DNA from: an uncultured virus (IMG/VR IMGVR_UViG_3300025410_000672) | Lineage: Duplodnaviria > Heunggongvirae > Uroviricota > Caudoviricetes | IMG/VR virus record: IMGVR_UViG_3300025410_000672 | Span: 1 to 64,000 of that record | Direction: 5' to 3' (one strand) | DNA: 64,000 nucleotides | Part shown: in pieces, positions 1-10,724 of the stretch | Position numbering within the stretch: the stretch's first letter is position 1 | Layout of the letters: each line of letters begins with the position of its first letter | Notes under the pieces: model-generated | Databases searched by the model: none | What the model was told of the DNA's origin: nothing | Seen by the model: only the letters and a program-made list of their open reading frames with translations | Position numbers and translations under genes: made by a program

Positions 1-12
1 GGAGCAATTACA

Positions 13-447
13 ATGATGAAGGAGAATAGAATGCGTAAGATACTTTTAACAACTGCTGTTATCGCAGCACTTGCTATTCCTGCTGCAACACCTGCCGATG
101 CTTGGTGGCGAGGTGGTGGTTGGGGTTATGGCGGCGGCTGGGGCGGCTACGGAATGGGTTACGGTGGTTGGGGTTACGGAGGCTATGGAATGGGGATGAT
201 GGGCGCTGCTGCTGGTGGAGCATTACTTGGTGGTATCGTTGGTGGTGCTATTGCTGCTCAAGCTGCTCGTCCAGTTTATGCTGCTCCTGCTCCAGTTTAT
301 GCTGCTCCTGCTCCGGTAGTAGTTGAACAACCTGCAACAGTAGTAGTTGAACAACCTGCCCCTGTAGTTGTTGTAAAACGTAGATGTCAAATTATGCAAG
401 AATGGGATGCATTAGAAGGCTATGTTTACAAAAAGGTATGTCTATGA
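13..447 (+). CDS. Exported Gly/Tyr/Trp-rich low-complexity protein
   Basis: Signal peptide ending PADA, GGWGYG-rich tract, short tandem repeats (PVYAAPA, VVVEQPA); similar to 59104..59379. Confidence 0.6.
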   Translation: MMKENRMRKILLTTAVIAALAIPAATPADAWWRGGGWGYGGGWGGYGMGYGGWGYGGYGMGMMGAAAGGALLGGIVGGAIAAQAARPVYAAPAPVYAAPAPVVVEQPATVVVEQPAPVVVVKRRCQIMQEWDALEGYVYKKVCL

Positions 448-541
448 TTACTGATATAATTTATGGAATGATATATCTAGGTGAGATTGTAGCAGTCTTC
501 ACTGTTATAATCTCAATCTACTCAATCTTTAAGGGAAACAA

Positions 542-685
542 ATGAGTGCATGGCTTATAGCAGTAACGGGAACAATCTATGCCGTAGTGGCAATTGAACA
601 ATTTTTAAAAGGCAATATGTCTATGACTATAGTTTATAGTGGATATGCCTTTAGCAATATTGGACTTTATCTTCTGGCTAAGTAG
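542..685 (+). CDS. Small membrane protein (47 aa)
   Basis: ORF MSAWLIAVTG...YLLAK read by eye, AAGGGA upstream, hydrophobic. Confidence 0.55.
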   Translation: MSAWLIAVTGTIYAVVAIEQFLKGNMSMTIVYSGYAFSNIGLYLLAK

Positions 686-733
686 TTGACACAGTTATTA
701 CAAGTGTTATTATATACTACAGGAGACAGACAG

Positions 734-1174
734 ATGACTAAGGTAATTGTGTTCGATATTGACGGAACATTAGCCGATATGGAACACCGTAGACAATGGT
801 TTGACGGTGGAAAAAAGAACTGGAATGCGTTCTTTGCTGCTCAGCATTTGGATCCAACACACGAAGATATTGTTTGGATGCTGAATCAGTTTCACCAGAG
901 TGGTAATACAATTCTTATCTGTACTGGACGTAACGAAGGACACAGAGAAATATCTGAAGAGTGGTTAACAAAGAACAACATCGAGTACGATAAGATGTAT
1001 ATGCGTCCACTTAACGATTTCCGTCAAGATGGCGTTGTTAAAGTTGATCTGTTAGCAAAAATCCGAGAAGAATACGGTGAACCTTGGTTGTGGATTGATG
1101 ATCGCAAACAGGTTGTGGATGCTATTCGTGCTGAAGGAGTTCGTGTTCTTCAAGTTTGTGAGGGCGATTATTAA
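734..1174 (+). CDS. HAD phosphatase resembling the 3'-phosphatase domain of T4 polynucleotide kinase
   Basis: DIDGT, TGR, K and DDR motifs; AGGAG before ATG 734. Confidence 0.8.
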   Translation: MTKVIVFDIDGTLADMEHRRQWFDGGKKNWNAFFAAQHLDPTHEDIVWMLNQFHQSGNTILICTGRNEGHREISEEWLTKNNIEYDKMYMRPLNDFRQDGVVKVDLLAKIREEYGEPWLWIDDRKQVVDAIRAEGVRVLQVCEGDY

Positions 1175-1207
1175 AGTAGCATATATAGAACTTGTCAGGA
1201 GAAAACT

Positions 1208-1573
1208 ATGAACAAGTTCTTAATTGCTGCCTTAATCGCCTTTACACCATATAATGCCTTTGCTAAATCTGTAGTAGAAAAAGAATTCAAACCAGATCCA
1301 GGATGTGTTACTAAGGAAGTAGCAGATAATGTTATTAATAATGGTGGTTATGAACTTCTTGTTAGAGGTATAGATCCTCAAAAGAAGATTATAGAGTTTT
1401 GGTTCAGTGGTGCTAAACAAATGGTTATGCTCACATACGAACTACCTAAGGATGCTAAACCAGAATCAATAAAGCAAGTCTGCGTTGTAGGTTATGGTGA
1501 AAACATAGTGTTTAATGGAGATACAGTAGATCTTCTAAAGAAGGCCCTAGATAAAGTAAGCCCAAAGACATAA
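1208..1573 (+). CDS. Exported hypothetical protein
   Basis: Signal peptide, AGGAG SD; weakly similar to 60108..60449. Confidence 0.55.
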   Translation: MNKFLIAALIAFTPYNAFAKSVVEKEFKPDPGCVTKEVADNVINNGGYELLVRGIDPQKKIIEFWFSGAKQMVMLTYELPKDAKPESIKQVCVVGYGENIVFNGDTVDLLKKALDKVSPKT

Positions 1574-2097
1574 GTATATTTGGTTTCCTATTTGGACTTC
1601 TACACATGGAGGAATCATGTTAAATCCTAACGTCGGTGAATACTCATTGGCTACTGATCCAATGAAATATAATTTGAGATTTGCGTTTGTTTACGAAAAT
1701 AATACAATTGGTCTTAGAAAAAATAACTTATCACAAAGACATAACGAACTAACTGAAGAAGAACGAAAAGAACTTTCTAATTTAATAATTATAGAAGATT
1801 ACCTCCAAAAAAGAATAAAAGAATTAAAAGAAATAACATGAGTGAAGAATGGTTATATCAGGCAACTAGTACTCAAGCCGAATTAGATATTGCTCGTAGA
1901 AAAATAGAACTCCTCGAGCAATTCTATCGTAATATTGTTGAATTAACAATTAATCATGACTTTATAGAAAGTAAAGACGGACACGACTATGCAAGTGTTA
2001 GTCCTCAAAAATTAGGGGACTTACTTGCAAAGGTTGATCCTGAATGGTTTAAACACTAATATAATTTGCTTCATTGCGCCGGTTAAATATCCTTACC

Positions 2098-2679
2098 ATG
2101 AATACACACATACTTGCAATCCACGGTGCTTATAGTTCACCATTTATTTTTAACTACTTACAAAAGCAGTTACCAAAGTCTTACAAGTGGCAATTCTTTG
2201 ATTACAGAGATAATCCAGAAGGACATATGGGTCCACTTATTGATCAACTACAAAAGTGTATGGTCAACGAGTGCCACGTAATTGGACATTCGATGGGAGG
2301 ACTACTTTCTCTTTGGTTAGGTGAAAATCTAGCAGTAAAATCAATAACAACAATAGCAACACCACTAGATGGATTAGATGTAAATTTATTACAATCAATG
2401 ATGACCCGCAGTCCATTTATTAAAGAAATGGCACATGGTAGCAAGTTTATAAAATTCATACACAATCAATCATTCCTAATGCCAGTTCAACATATAGTTT
2501 CAACTAAAGGTTATAATCCATATATCTATGAAGAAAGCGATGGCGTTGTAACTATGCGTTCACAGCGTGGATGGAATATTGGCGAGATTCACGACATTCC
2601 TGCTAACCATGCCGAAATTATGATGCATGAAGATACTGTAAAGTTGGTAAAGACCTTTATTGACACAAACAACGAATAA
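2098..2679 (+). CDS. Alpha/beta hydrolase
   Basis: HG oxyanion motif, GHSMGG nucleophile elbow, SDG and NH catalytic residues. Confidence 0.8.
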   Translation: MNTHILAIHGAYSSPFIFNYLQKQLPKSYKWQFFDYRDNPEGHMGPLIDQLQKCMVNECHVIGHSMGGLLSLWLGENLAVKSITTIATPLDGLDVNLLQSMMTRSPFIKEMAHGSKFIKFIHNQSFLMPVQHIVSTKGYNPYIYEESDGVVTMRSQRGWNIGEIHDIPANHAEIMMHEDTVKLVKTFIDTNNE

Positions 2680-2693
2680 TACTATAATGTATT

Positions 2694-3254
2694 ATGATCA
2701 TTAAAGAACGTGATGTAATGGTGGACATCGAAACACTTGCCACCGGTCCAAACGCTGTCATCCTTACAATTGGTGCTTTAAGATTTGACCCATATGGAGA
2801 TGATCGTGATCGCAATGTTAAAAACATGCCTCATTTTTATTGTCGGGTTGATCCTGAAAGTTTTGATTATCCAGAGGCTGAAATCAACAATGAAACCTTA
2901 GCATGGTGGAGTAAACAACCTCCTGAAATACAACACGAAGCATTTGGTGAAGGTGTTGAACGTTTACCTATCAAAGAAGCATTAACACAATTCTTTGATT
3001 TTTGTAGACCACTAGATAGAATTTGGGCAAATGGTCCTGCCTTTGATATTATTATTTTAGAAACTGCTGCTAAACATGCCGGAGTGCCTGTACCTTGGAA
3101 TTTCTGGCAGGCTCGAGATTGTAGAACCGTATTTCGCTTAAATCCACAAAGAGATCAAAAATCAAATAACCATAATGCCTTAGACGATTGCTGGGTACAG
3201 ACCTATAAATTACAGCAATGTTTAAAGGCATTAAATGTAACAAAGATGGACTAA
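2694..3254 (+). CDS. DEDDh 3'-5' exonuclease (DexA/exonuclease VIII-like)
   Basis: DIET, WANGPAFD, RDCRT and HNALDD motifs. Confidence 0.85.
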   Translation: MIIKERDVMVDIETLATGPNAVILTIGALRFDPYGDDRDRNVKNMPHFYCRVDPESFDYPEAEINNETLAWWSKQPPEIQHEAFGEGVERLPIKEALTQFFDFCRPLDRIWANGPAFDIIILETAAKHAGVPVPWNFWQARDCRTVFRLNPQRDQKSNNHNALDDCWVQTYKLQQCLKALNVTKMD

Positions 3255-4315
3255 ATATCTAAGAGGAGCCTATGGAAACCTTTGAATTAAATGAGAATCA
3301 CCAATTAGTAATATGTTTAATAATGCTTTGTAAAATGACAAAACATACTGACCCAGCGGCATATGCACAATACAAAGCACATTTAAAACTATTAGAAGAA
3401 GCAATGATGAAGGAATTTGACGATGAGAATGTGGGAAATACACGCTGCCATTAAGCAAGCAGGAAACCAAAGAATCGTCAATATTCAAGTTCAAGCACCA
3501 AATCAAATTGTGGCTAAAGAATTAGCCAAGGCCCAATACGCCGGCTCAGATGTAGTTTTAAGAGGTACTCCTAGAGAAGTTAAACCTCTTAAAACAAATC
3601 AAAAAAACGATCCTCGACAATTTAAAAAATAAATTAATATATGATTGGTTGGATTATTCTCTCATTTGCTATCGGCATGGCTGTTGGCATGTATCTATTA
3701 ATATCAGACTATTGGTTGAACGTTGTCTTAGTTCTTGACTACGTGTATGAAAAGATAGTATTATTTTCTAAGAGATGGAGAAAGAGTATGTCTTTTAAAC
3801 AAATCTATGGTGACGATCAAATTTATGTTTCTACAAATGATATATATGGTGGACAAGAATTAAGAATTACTATGAATTCCATATCTAAAGAAAATCTAAA
3901 TTGGTTACAGAATTTTAGAATGGAACACGAAAAAGAAAAGAAACTTCGTGAAGAAAATATCGCAGTAAAGAATGCCTGGGAACAATATCAAGTTGTTAAA
4001 ACATTAGCACAAAAGGAAACAGTGGGATGAGTGAAAGACTCTTTGATAAGTTTATCGAATCTCTAGAAGAACTTATTGATACACAAGACGATATGTGGGA
4101 AGAAGAGAAACATGAGAATGTTCATGCTCGCCGTAAAATATATGAGGAAAGATTTATTCCAGCAAGAGACAAATTAAAAAGAACACTAGATGATTATATC
4201 GATGAAAGAATATTAAAAGGTCTTCAGAAACACGGAGTAAGAAGAACTTATACCAATCCTGAATAACCTTTTTTATAATCTGGATATATAATGATGTCAA
4301 CATTAGGATCCAGAC

Positions 4316-4714
4316 ATGAAGAAGATTTTAATAGCAATAGCACTTTTAATTTCAACTCCAGTATACGCAACACAGATTGTAGTAGATAAAAGAACACAAA
4401 CAATGTATGTAGATAGTCCAGAAGGAACATTTACATGGAAAGTATCGACAGCAAGGAAAGGTTATAGGACACCAAGTGGAACTTTTTATCCTTATTCGCT
4501 CCAGCCTATGCATTATAGTAAAAAGTATGATAATGCTCCCATGCCTCACAGTATCTTTTTTAATGGCGGTTATGCTATACATGCTACTCCTCATGTGGGT
4601 GCTTTGGGTCGGCCTGCTAGTCATGGTTGCGTACGTCTATCACCTGCTAATGCCCGGACGCTATACGGAATAGTAAAGCGTGATATAGGTTACACAACAA
4701 TCCATATACAATAG
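4316..4714 (+). CDS. L,D-transpeptidase (YkuD family)
   Basis: Signal peptide; AIH...SHGCVRL catalytic motif. Confidence 0.9.
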   Translation: MKKILIAIALLISTPVYATQIVVDKRTQTMYVDSPEGTFTWKVSTARKGYRTPSGTFYPYSLQPMHYSKKYDNAPMPHSIFFNGGYAIHATPHVGALGRPASHGCVRLSPANARTLYGIVKRDIGYTTIHIQ

Positions 4715-4755
4715 GTTGACACTGTTCATTAAGTAAAGTAATATAAGAACATGAT

Positions 4756-4831
4756 GGGGGATTAGCTCAGTTGGGAGAGCGACTGATTTGCATTCAGTAG
4801 GTCATCGGTTCGATCCCGGTATCCTCCACCA
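4756..4831 (+). tRNA. tRNA-Ala(UGC)
   Basis: Cloverleaf, G3-U70, loop TT-TGC-AT, encoded CCA; TTGACA promoter at 4716. Confidence 0.95.
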
Positions 4832-4834
4832 TAT

Positions 4835-4913
4835 CGGAGTATAGCGCAGCCTGGTTTAGCGCATCTGCTTTGGGAGCAGAGGGTCGCAAGTTCGAATCTT
4901 GCTACTCCGACCA
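4835..4913 (+). tRNA. tRNA-Pro(UGG)
   Basis: Cloverleaf, loop TT-TGG-GA, CCA. Confidence 0.95.
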
Positions 4914-4929
4914 ACATAAAGGAAAGAAA

Positions 4930-5190
4930 ATGAGAGCAAGTCATATATTAGTTGATTCATTAGAACAGGCACAAGCAATTCTTGCAGAAGCAAATGCTTT
5001 GAATTTTGGATCACTAGCACAGCAACATAGTAAGTGTCCAAGTAAGGCTCAAGGCGGCGACTTAGGTGATTTTGGTCCCGGTATGATGGTTAAACCATTT
5101 GAAGATGCTACAGTAGCAACTCCTGTTGGATCTATCAGCGAACCAGTACAAACACAGTTTGGATATCATTTAATTCATCGTACAGGTTAA
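4930..5190 (+). CDS. ppiC: Parvulin-type peptidyl-prolyl isomerase
   Basis: ASHILV...SKCPS..GGDLG..MVKPFE..TQFGYHLI; the true start is the ATG after tRNA-Pro. Confidence 0.9.
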   Translation: MRASHILVDSLEQAQAILAEANALNFGSLAQQHSKCPSKAQGGDLGDFGPGMMVKPFEDATVATPVGSISEPVQTQFGYHLIHRTG

Positions 5191-5316
5191 TTATTATGAA
5201 TAAAGATGAATTAAAAGGACCACATTGGACTGTATTACTTGTTATTCTTTGTGTTATGGCAATAGCAAGTTATTTTGCCTTTGCTACAGGACTTATAGGT
5301 AATATAACAATAGTAC

Positions 5317-5637
5317 CTAGCGAATAAGTTTTTCTCTTACAAGGTGTTCTAATAATGGATCATCTTCATATCTTATGAGAGCAAAGTCGACATGATTAAT
5401 TGCTTTCTCTAAAGGAATGTCAAACCATTCACCGTTTAATCTATATCTATCAAGGTGTTTATGAATGACAGATTCTAATAGTTTTGTTTTTTTAGAATCT
5501 GTTTTTCGAAGTTCTATTATTTTTAATTTGTGAGGATGTCCAGTTTGTAGATTCTTTAATCTACGTTCTGGATTCTTGCTTATTCCAATTTTGTATGGAG
5601 GATTTTCTGATCCAATTATATAGATATAACTTGACAT
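5317..5637 (-). CDS. GIY-YIG (T5orf172/MUG113-like) nuclease
   Basis: YIYII..YKIGIS..RL..LQTG..E..H..GEWF. Confidence 0.8.
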   Translation of the reverse strand: MSSYIYIIGSENPPYKIGISKNPERRLKNLQTGHPHKLKIIELRKTDSKKTKLLESVIHKHLDRYRLNGEWFDIPLEKAINHVDFALIRYEDDPLLEHLVREKLIR

Positions 5638-5665
5638 TCGAATACTTATAAGGATATAATACAAC

Positions 5666-6376
5666 ATGCCTACAATGCGAATCATAATACCTGCAAGAAT
5701 GAAAAGTATAAGACTTCCTAATAAACCTCTAGCAATGATTGGAGATATAACACTTATCGAAAGAGTTCATCAAAAGGCTTGTGCTACAGATTATCTTGTT
5801 ACTGTTTTAACCGATAGTCAAGAACTTAAAGATCAATTTCCTAATTGGGACATAAGATTAACACCAGAAGACTGTGCTACAGGAACAGACAGAATTGCTA
5901 GTGTTGCAGATCAATTTCAAGAAGATATTCTTGTAAACTGTCAAGGTGATTTGCCATTTATTGATTCTTATCAAATTGTAGATACTGCTATAACTTTGGA
6001 AAGAACTAAAGCAGATGTTGCTACATTAGTTCATGATATGGATCTTAATAAATTAGAAGATCCTAATACTGTAAAGGCAATATGCTGTCAAGTTGCTCCA
6101 GACTTAGATCCAAAAATTATGAGAGCACATTGGTTCCTCAGAAGTTCTCTAAAATATGGATATCAACATGTTGGTGTGTATGCTTATCGTCGAGAATTCT
6201 TACAAGTACTTTCTTCTGAAAGAACTCCGCATGAAGTAGCAGAAAATCTTGAACAGTTGAGATTCTTAGAACTTGGATATAAAATTGCTGCTCTACATAC
6301 CGATCCGGTGCCGTTAGAGGTTAATACTCCAGAAGATCTCGAAGCAGCAAATAAATATTTGTATGAGATTTTATGA
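5666..6376 (+). CDS. kdsB: CMP-Kdo synthetase (3-deoxy-manno-octulosonate cytidylyltransferase)
   Basis: IIPAR.KS.RLP.KPL, TGTDR, NCQGD, HVGVYAY and E.LEQLR motifs. Confidence 0.85.
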   Translation: MPTMRIIIPARMKSIRLPNKPLAMIGDITLIERVHQKACATDYLVTVLTDSQELKDQFPNWDIRLTPEDCATGTDRIASVADQFQEDILVNCQGDLPFIDSYQIVDTAITLERTKADVATLVHDMDLNKLEDPNTVKAICCQVAPDLDPKIMRAHWFLRSSLKYGYQHVGVYAYRREFLQVLSSERTPHEVAENLEQLRFLELGYKIAALHTDPVPLEVNTPEDLEAANKYLYEIL

Positions 6377-6605
6377 ATTTGATATTAAGACAAAGGAATC
6401 GGGCCCAGCATCAAGATCCCTTTGTCTAAGTAAAAAACGTCTAGGAGCAAGTGATCAGTCATCTTGTGTAAGCCAAGGACTTCGTCCACATAAGGGCGAA
6501 AAAAGTCATCTTATGGGTACAACAAGAGTTAAAGTTGCTGGTAAAAAGATTAAAGGTAAGAAGTATGGTGGTCCACTTCCTGATTGGGGTAGCCACAAAA
6601 AATAA
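6363..6605 (+). CDS. Small basic putative head-internal protein
   Basis: MRFYEF N-terminus; late motif TAAATA 5 nt upstream. Confidence 0.5.
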   Translation: MRFYEFDIKTKESGPASRSLCLSKKRLGASDQSSCVSQGLRPHKGEKSHLMGTTRVKVAGKKIKGKKYGGPLPDWGSHKK

Positions 6606-7502
6606 TCATTCTTTTCTTGCTTTTCTATCAAGGCCGTTTTTACAGATTTCTTTAGAACAAATAACAGGATCTTTAGGCCACTCAATAGGCATATTATAAA
6701 TGTTACCTATTACTCCTCCTTCATGACACCACCCTCTAGAAACATTTCCTCTGGGATCAATTACTAAAGTATCAATTCCTGCATAACAGGTCATATTAGT
6801 ATAAGAAGATTGTTCTGATGTTTTAATAACTATACCAGTTGGATCAATTGATATATCCTCATTGAATGAATTTTCGATTGATTCTTTCATTTTATTAAAT
6901 TTATACCATTGTCGATGAGTGTAGGGGAGATATGTATTATTTCCTTTTCCAAAATCACTGTAAAGAAGTTGTAAATTACCTAAACCGTATTTTCTTCTAA
7001 AATATTTTACATACTTAATACCTCTATCAAAAACTTCATCGTGATTTGTAACTGGAAATAAAATTTCCATTTCTACAGGATGATATTTGTCATTCTCTCT
7101 TAATAAAGAAATAACATTTTCTATATGAGATATATCACAAAATTCTTGATGAACAGAAATAATTACTTTTGATAAAAATTGTCGAGATTTCTTCCACCAA
7201 TCTAAACTTGCACTTCCATTTGTTCTAAGAATTAAATTTGTGGGATAGTTGTGTAGACGATTTCCTATATTGGGAATTTTTTCATAAAGAGTAGGTTCAC
7301 CACCTATAAATTCAAATATCACATCTCTTCCTAGAGAATCATAATGTGCAAAAATATCTGTACAAACATTAATGATAGTTTCGTCATTAGGATAAGGATT
7401 ATCTCCTCTTTTGAGAAGATCTAAGCAGTAACTACAATTGTAATTACAACTATTACTTAAAACCCATTCTACTATAGTCTTAGGTCGTTCAAAGTCATCC
7501 AT
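6606..7502 (-). CDS. Radical SAM protein with C-terminal Cys cluster
   Basis: CNYNCSYC, GGEP, TNG; SPASM/twitch-like Cys residues. Confidence 0.85.
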   Translation of the reverse strand: MDDFERPKTIVEWVLSNSCNYNCSYCLDLLKRGDNPYPNDETIINVCTDIFAHYDSLGRDVIFEFIGGEPTLYEKIPNIGNRLHNYPTNLILRTNGSASLDWWKKSRQFLSKVIISVHQEFCDISHIENVISLLRENDKYHPVEMEILFPVTNHDEVFDRGIKYVKYFRRKYGLGNLQLLYSDFGKGNNTYLPYTHRQWYKFNKMKESIENSFNEDISIDPTGIVIKTSEQSSYTNMTCYAGIDTLVIDPRGNVSRGWCHEGGVIGNIYNMPIEWPKDPVICSKEICKNGLDRKARKE

Positions 7503-8007
7503 CTAAATAATTTAGCCAACTTTCGTGAGGAACTTGCCATTCCTTCTTTTTACGATTGTTAGCCAGCATCCAGTAATTTGGCATTTCTGGATCTATCTTT
7601 GGACGAATTTTAGCATTATTGCCTTTGCTATTATTACAAGGATAACATGCTGTAACAACATTATGCCAAGTTGTTTTACCACCCTTAGATACAGGAACAA
7701 CGTGGTCAATTGTACATTGTTTAACTGTTAAATTGTCTCCACAATATTGACAAGTGTAGTTGTCGCGTAGAAAAACCCATCTACGATTAAATCTTACACG
7801 GGACTTTGGTTGCCAATATTCATTGAGCATAATAACTGCGGGTACTTTAATAGTATGATTGGGAGAATGTATCTCCCAATTATCATATTCGTGTAGTACC
7901 TTAACTTTATCTAACCAAATATATCGTATTGCACTTTGCCAATCTATTGCCGACAATGGAACTAAATTCATAGGTTGTGCGTCAGCATTTAACAATAATG
8001 TATTCAC
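7495..8007 (-). CDS. HNH endonuclease (McrA-like)
   Basis: RD.YTCQYC..TIDHVVP..GG..W.N...AC..CN..K. Confidence 0.9.
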   Translation of the reverse strand: MNTLLLNADAQPMNLVPLSAIDWQSAIRYIWLDKVKVLHEYDNWEIHSPNHTIKVPAVIMLNEYWQPKSRVRFNRRWVFLRDNYTCQYCGDNLTVKQCTIDHVVPVSKGGKTTWHNVVTACYPCNNSKGNNAKIRPKIDPEMPNYWMLANNRKKKEWQVPHESWLNYLDG

Positions 8008-8052
8008 ATCAAACCTCTATACTAAATAGTATGTCAACCATAGGAGACTCTG

Positions 8053-8724
8053 GTGTATTTACAGAACAAATATACCACTTGGTATTATTTAATAATAGCA
8101 CAGGCCCAGAAAAGAATCAACCTGCCTATTTTCGTTGAGAAACATCATATCATTCCAAAATCATTAGGTGGTAATAATAGTGATGACAATTTGGTTAGAT
8201 TAACACCGAGAGAGCACTTTGTTTGTCATCTTCTCTTAACGAAAATGGTTACAGGTGATGCCCAAAGAAAAATGTGGTTTGCTTCTTATTTAATGATGCG
8301 AGGAACAAAAAGATATAAACCTTCTGGAAGATTATATGAGATTCTTAAACAGAAAATGATACAATCACTTAAAGAAAGACCTGGACCAAATTTAGGAAAA
8401 AAACTTTCTGAAGAACATAAGAAGAAACTTAGTTTAGCACAAAAGGGAATTCCTAAAGGACCAATGTCTGAAGAGCATAGAGAGAAACTAAGAAAACCTA
8501 AAACAGAAGAGCATAAGAAGAAACTATCAGAAGTAAGATTAGGTAAATCTTGGGGACATAAACATTCGGAAGAAACTAAACAAAAAATGTCTAATTGGCA
8601 AAGGGGTATTCCTAAACCTAAAGTAACATGTGAGCATTGTGGGAAAGAATTGTCACTAATGAATTATAAAAAATGGCATGGAGATAAATGTGTCAACTGC
8701 GGCGGTAAGAGTCATGTAAAATGA
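8053..8724 (+). mobile_element. Free-standing HNH homing endonuclease with NUMOD3 repeats
   Basis: EKHHIIPKSLGG..NLV.LT.REHF.CH.LL; repeated SEEHKKKLS. Confidence 0.85.
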
Positions 8725-9214
8725 TCATGCCTTCGGGCAATTGTCTTCGGGCTGTGTAGGATCCATTTTCTGCTAGCCAAATTATTTCTGAAAGTTGTTT
8801 AGGACGAGAATTTAATGCTTCTTCTACAAAGTCTCGGAGAAATTCAAAAGTATCTCCGATTCTTCTAAAAAGATTATCATTAATCGCATCGCTATAATCA
8901 TAATAACTGTGACTTCCCATAGAAGTATAATATCTTAAACTAATACCTTTTCTACGAGCATACATTGGACAAAAACTTGTGAGGAATAAGCAATCCTCAG
9001 CAAGCCATCTTGAACGGTGAACAGATTCACCTGTTTTCTTTATTTCGTCTAAAGTAAGGATAAATGATTTTTCTGGAGGAAAGCCCTTTTTCTCCACATA
9101 GTCTGCTAAAAAGTAAACCAAGTATGCTTCTATGTCGCCTTCGAGTTCATACCCATGTTTTTCACTGGTATATTTTACAACATCATAGAAGGCCGAAACA
9201 TAGGCTCTTTCCAT
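8693..9214 (-). CDS. Hypothetical protein
   Basis: ORF; likely start MERAY at 9214, 4 nt after a TAAATA motif. Confidence 0.55.
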   Translation of the reverse strand: MERAYVSAFYDVVKYTSEKHGYELEGDIEAYLVYFLADYVEKKGFPPEKSFILTLDEIKKTGESVHRSRWLAEDCLFLTSFCPMYARRKGISLRYYTSMGSHSYYDYSDAINDNLFRRIGDTFEFLRDFVEEALNSRPKQLSEIIWLAENGSYTARRQLPEGMIILHDSYRRS

Positions 9215-9310
9215 ATTGTATTTAATAGAAAAGCCAGAACAAGTCTGGCTTTTCACTGGTTTTCTAAAAATTATTTGCGCTATGCGCTTCAATATAATTG
9301 TTTGATAAAT

Positions 9311-9589
9311 TTACTTTTTCATGTTCACAAAATCGTAGAACATTTGTGCTGTTTTAAGGATTTGATCGGCTCCTGGAATCTGTGGAGCTTCAACAGTAGT
9401 AACGACTTGGTCGCCATCTTTCTTAACAGTTAATTCAAACTGTCCCCACTTAGCCTGGTAGTCATTCCAGAGCTGAGTCTGTGCCATTTCTAATAGTTGA
9501 GTTCTTATCTCGTAGCCATTTTTCGAAAATTTAACTTCTGGGATATACTTGTTCATCTCTGTGGTCTTTTCTTCGGTATATTTAAACAT
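9311..9589 (-). CDS. Hypothetical phage protein
   Basis: ORF with AGGAG SD. Confidence 0.6.
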   Translation of the reverse strand: MFKYTEEKTTEMNKYIPEVKFSKNGYEIRTQLLEMAQTQLWNDYQAKWGQFELTVKKDGDQVVTTVEAPQIPGADQILKTAQMFYDFVNMKK

Positions 9590-9636
9590 TTTGTTTTCTC
9601 CTGTGTGTGTATGATGTTTATTTATAACAGATAAAA

Positions 9637-10227
9637 CTATGCTTGTAAATCTTTTTTTCTATTCTTTGCTGCCAAACTTAATTTTTCTCGGTGTTCATCA
9701 CTAAAAGTTATTCCTTTTCTTGATTCTGATATTTTCTTCTTTGTTTCTTCAGACCTTTTACTTCCTTTAACTGCTCCGCCTACTATATTAGTCTTAGATG
9801 CTAGACTCATTTTCTGCTTTGTTTCTTTTGATACTATTTTTCCTTTATGGGCTCTACTTATAGCCTCTCTATGTTGATCAGTTCTTCCAATAAGTTTATG
9901 TGCTTCAGAAAGTTGTATTCGTAGAATTTCAAACATTCTTGAGCACGGAACATATCTATCCATTGATTTAGTTTTTCTGTTCATCATAGAATTTAAGGCA
10001 AATATCATCTTACTTTTATTTTTATCAGATGTTATTCTAACTAATAACAAATGGCATATAAAGTGTTCTCTTGCGGTTAAGACAGCAAGATTATCTGCGT
10101 CATTTGTTCCGCCTAATGATCTTGGAATGATATGATGTTTTTCTTTATACCCTTCTAACTTTCGGGTCTTTGCTCTATTACAAATGTCTTGATAAATTTT
10201 GAGATATTTGTTATCAATAAATATCAT
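9637..10227 (-). mobile_element. Free-standing HNH homing endonuclease with NUMOD3 repeats
   Basis: EKHHIIPRSLGG..NL..LTAREHFICHLLL; SEETKKKIS repeats; paralogue of 8053..8724. Confidence 0.85.
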
Positions 10228-10724
10228 TGCTGTTGCCCCTTGTAAGCAATAGAGTAGTTGGGAATTGGCGTTCCGTGAACTACACTCATATTTATACCAG
10301 AGGAGTAATAGCTTTAGTTTTCTTTCGGATCAGTATATGTTAAATACTTAATGAAAAGACAAACAAGATCAATACTACAGGAACTAAACTCTTATGCTAC
10401 TAAAAAAGATGTCGAGTTAATTGTAGAAAGCAGAGCATTACATGTTATCAATGGTGCTATTAATATCCTAGATATGGTTAGAGAAAACTTTCCAGAAGAA
10501 GTTGCTCTTGATCTTGAACGCCGCTTAATCAATAGTATACGCGGCAGTGATCCTGATAAATTCCGTCGAGGTATTCGTAAAATACAAGAATCAAAGAGAG
10601 CAGGAACACGCCTTGCTCGACTAGATGACCCCAATTCTGACTCTTAACAATTGAATATTTTTTCAAATGATAAATAATTGTAACGAGGTCTAGATAGTCC
10701 TCGACATTTTTTAGGAGAAATAAT

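Noticed and set aside
262..370. Short tandem repeats
   Set aside because: In-frame coding repeats without spacers; not CRISPR.
4762..4944. Minus-strand ORFs over tRNA genes (also 51248..51484 and 63175..63405)
   Set aside because: Antisense shadows of tRNAs with no protein motifs.
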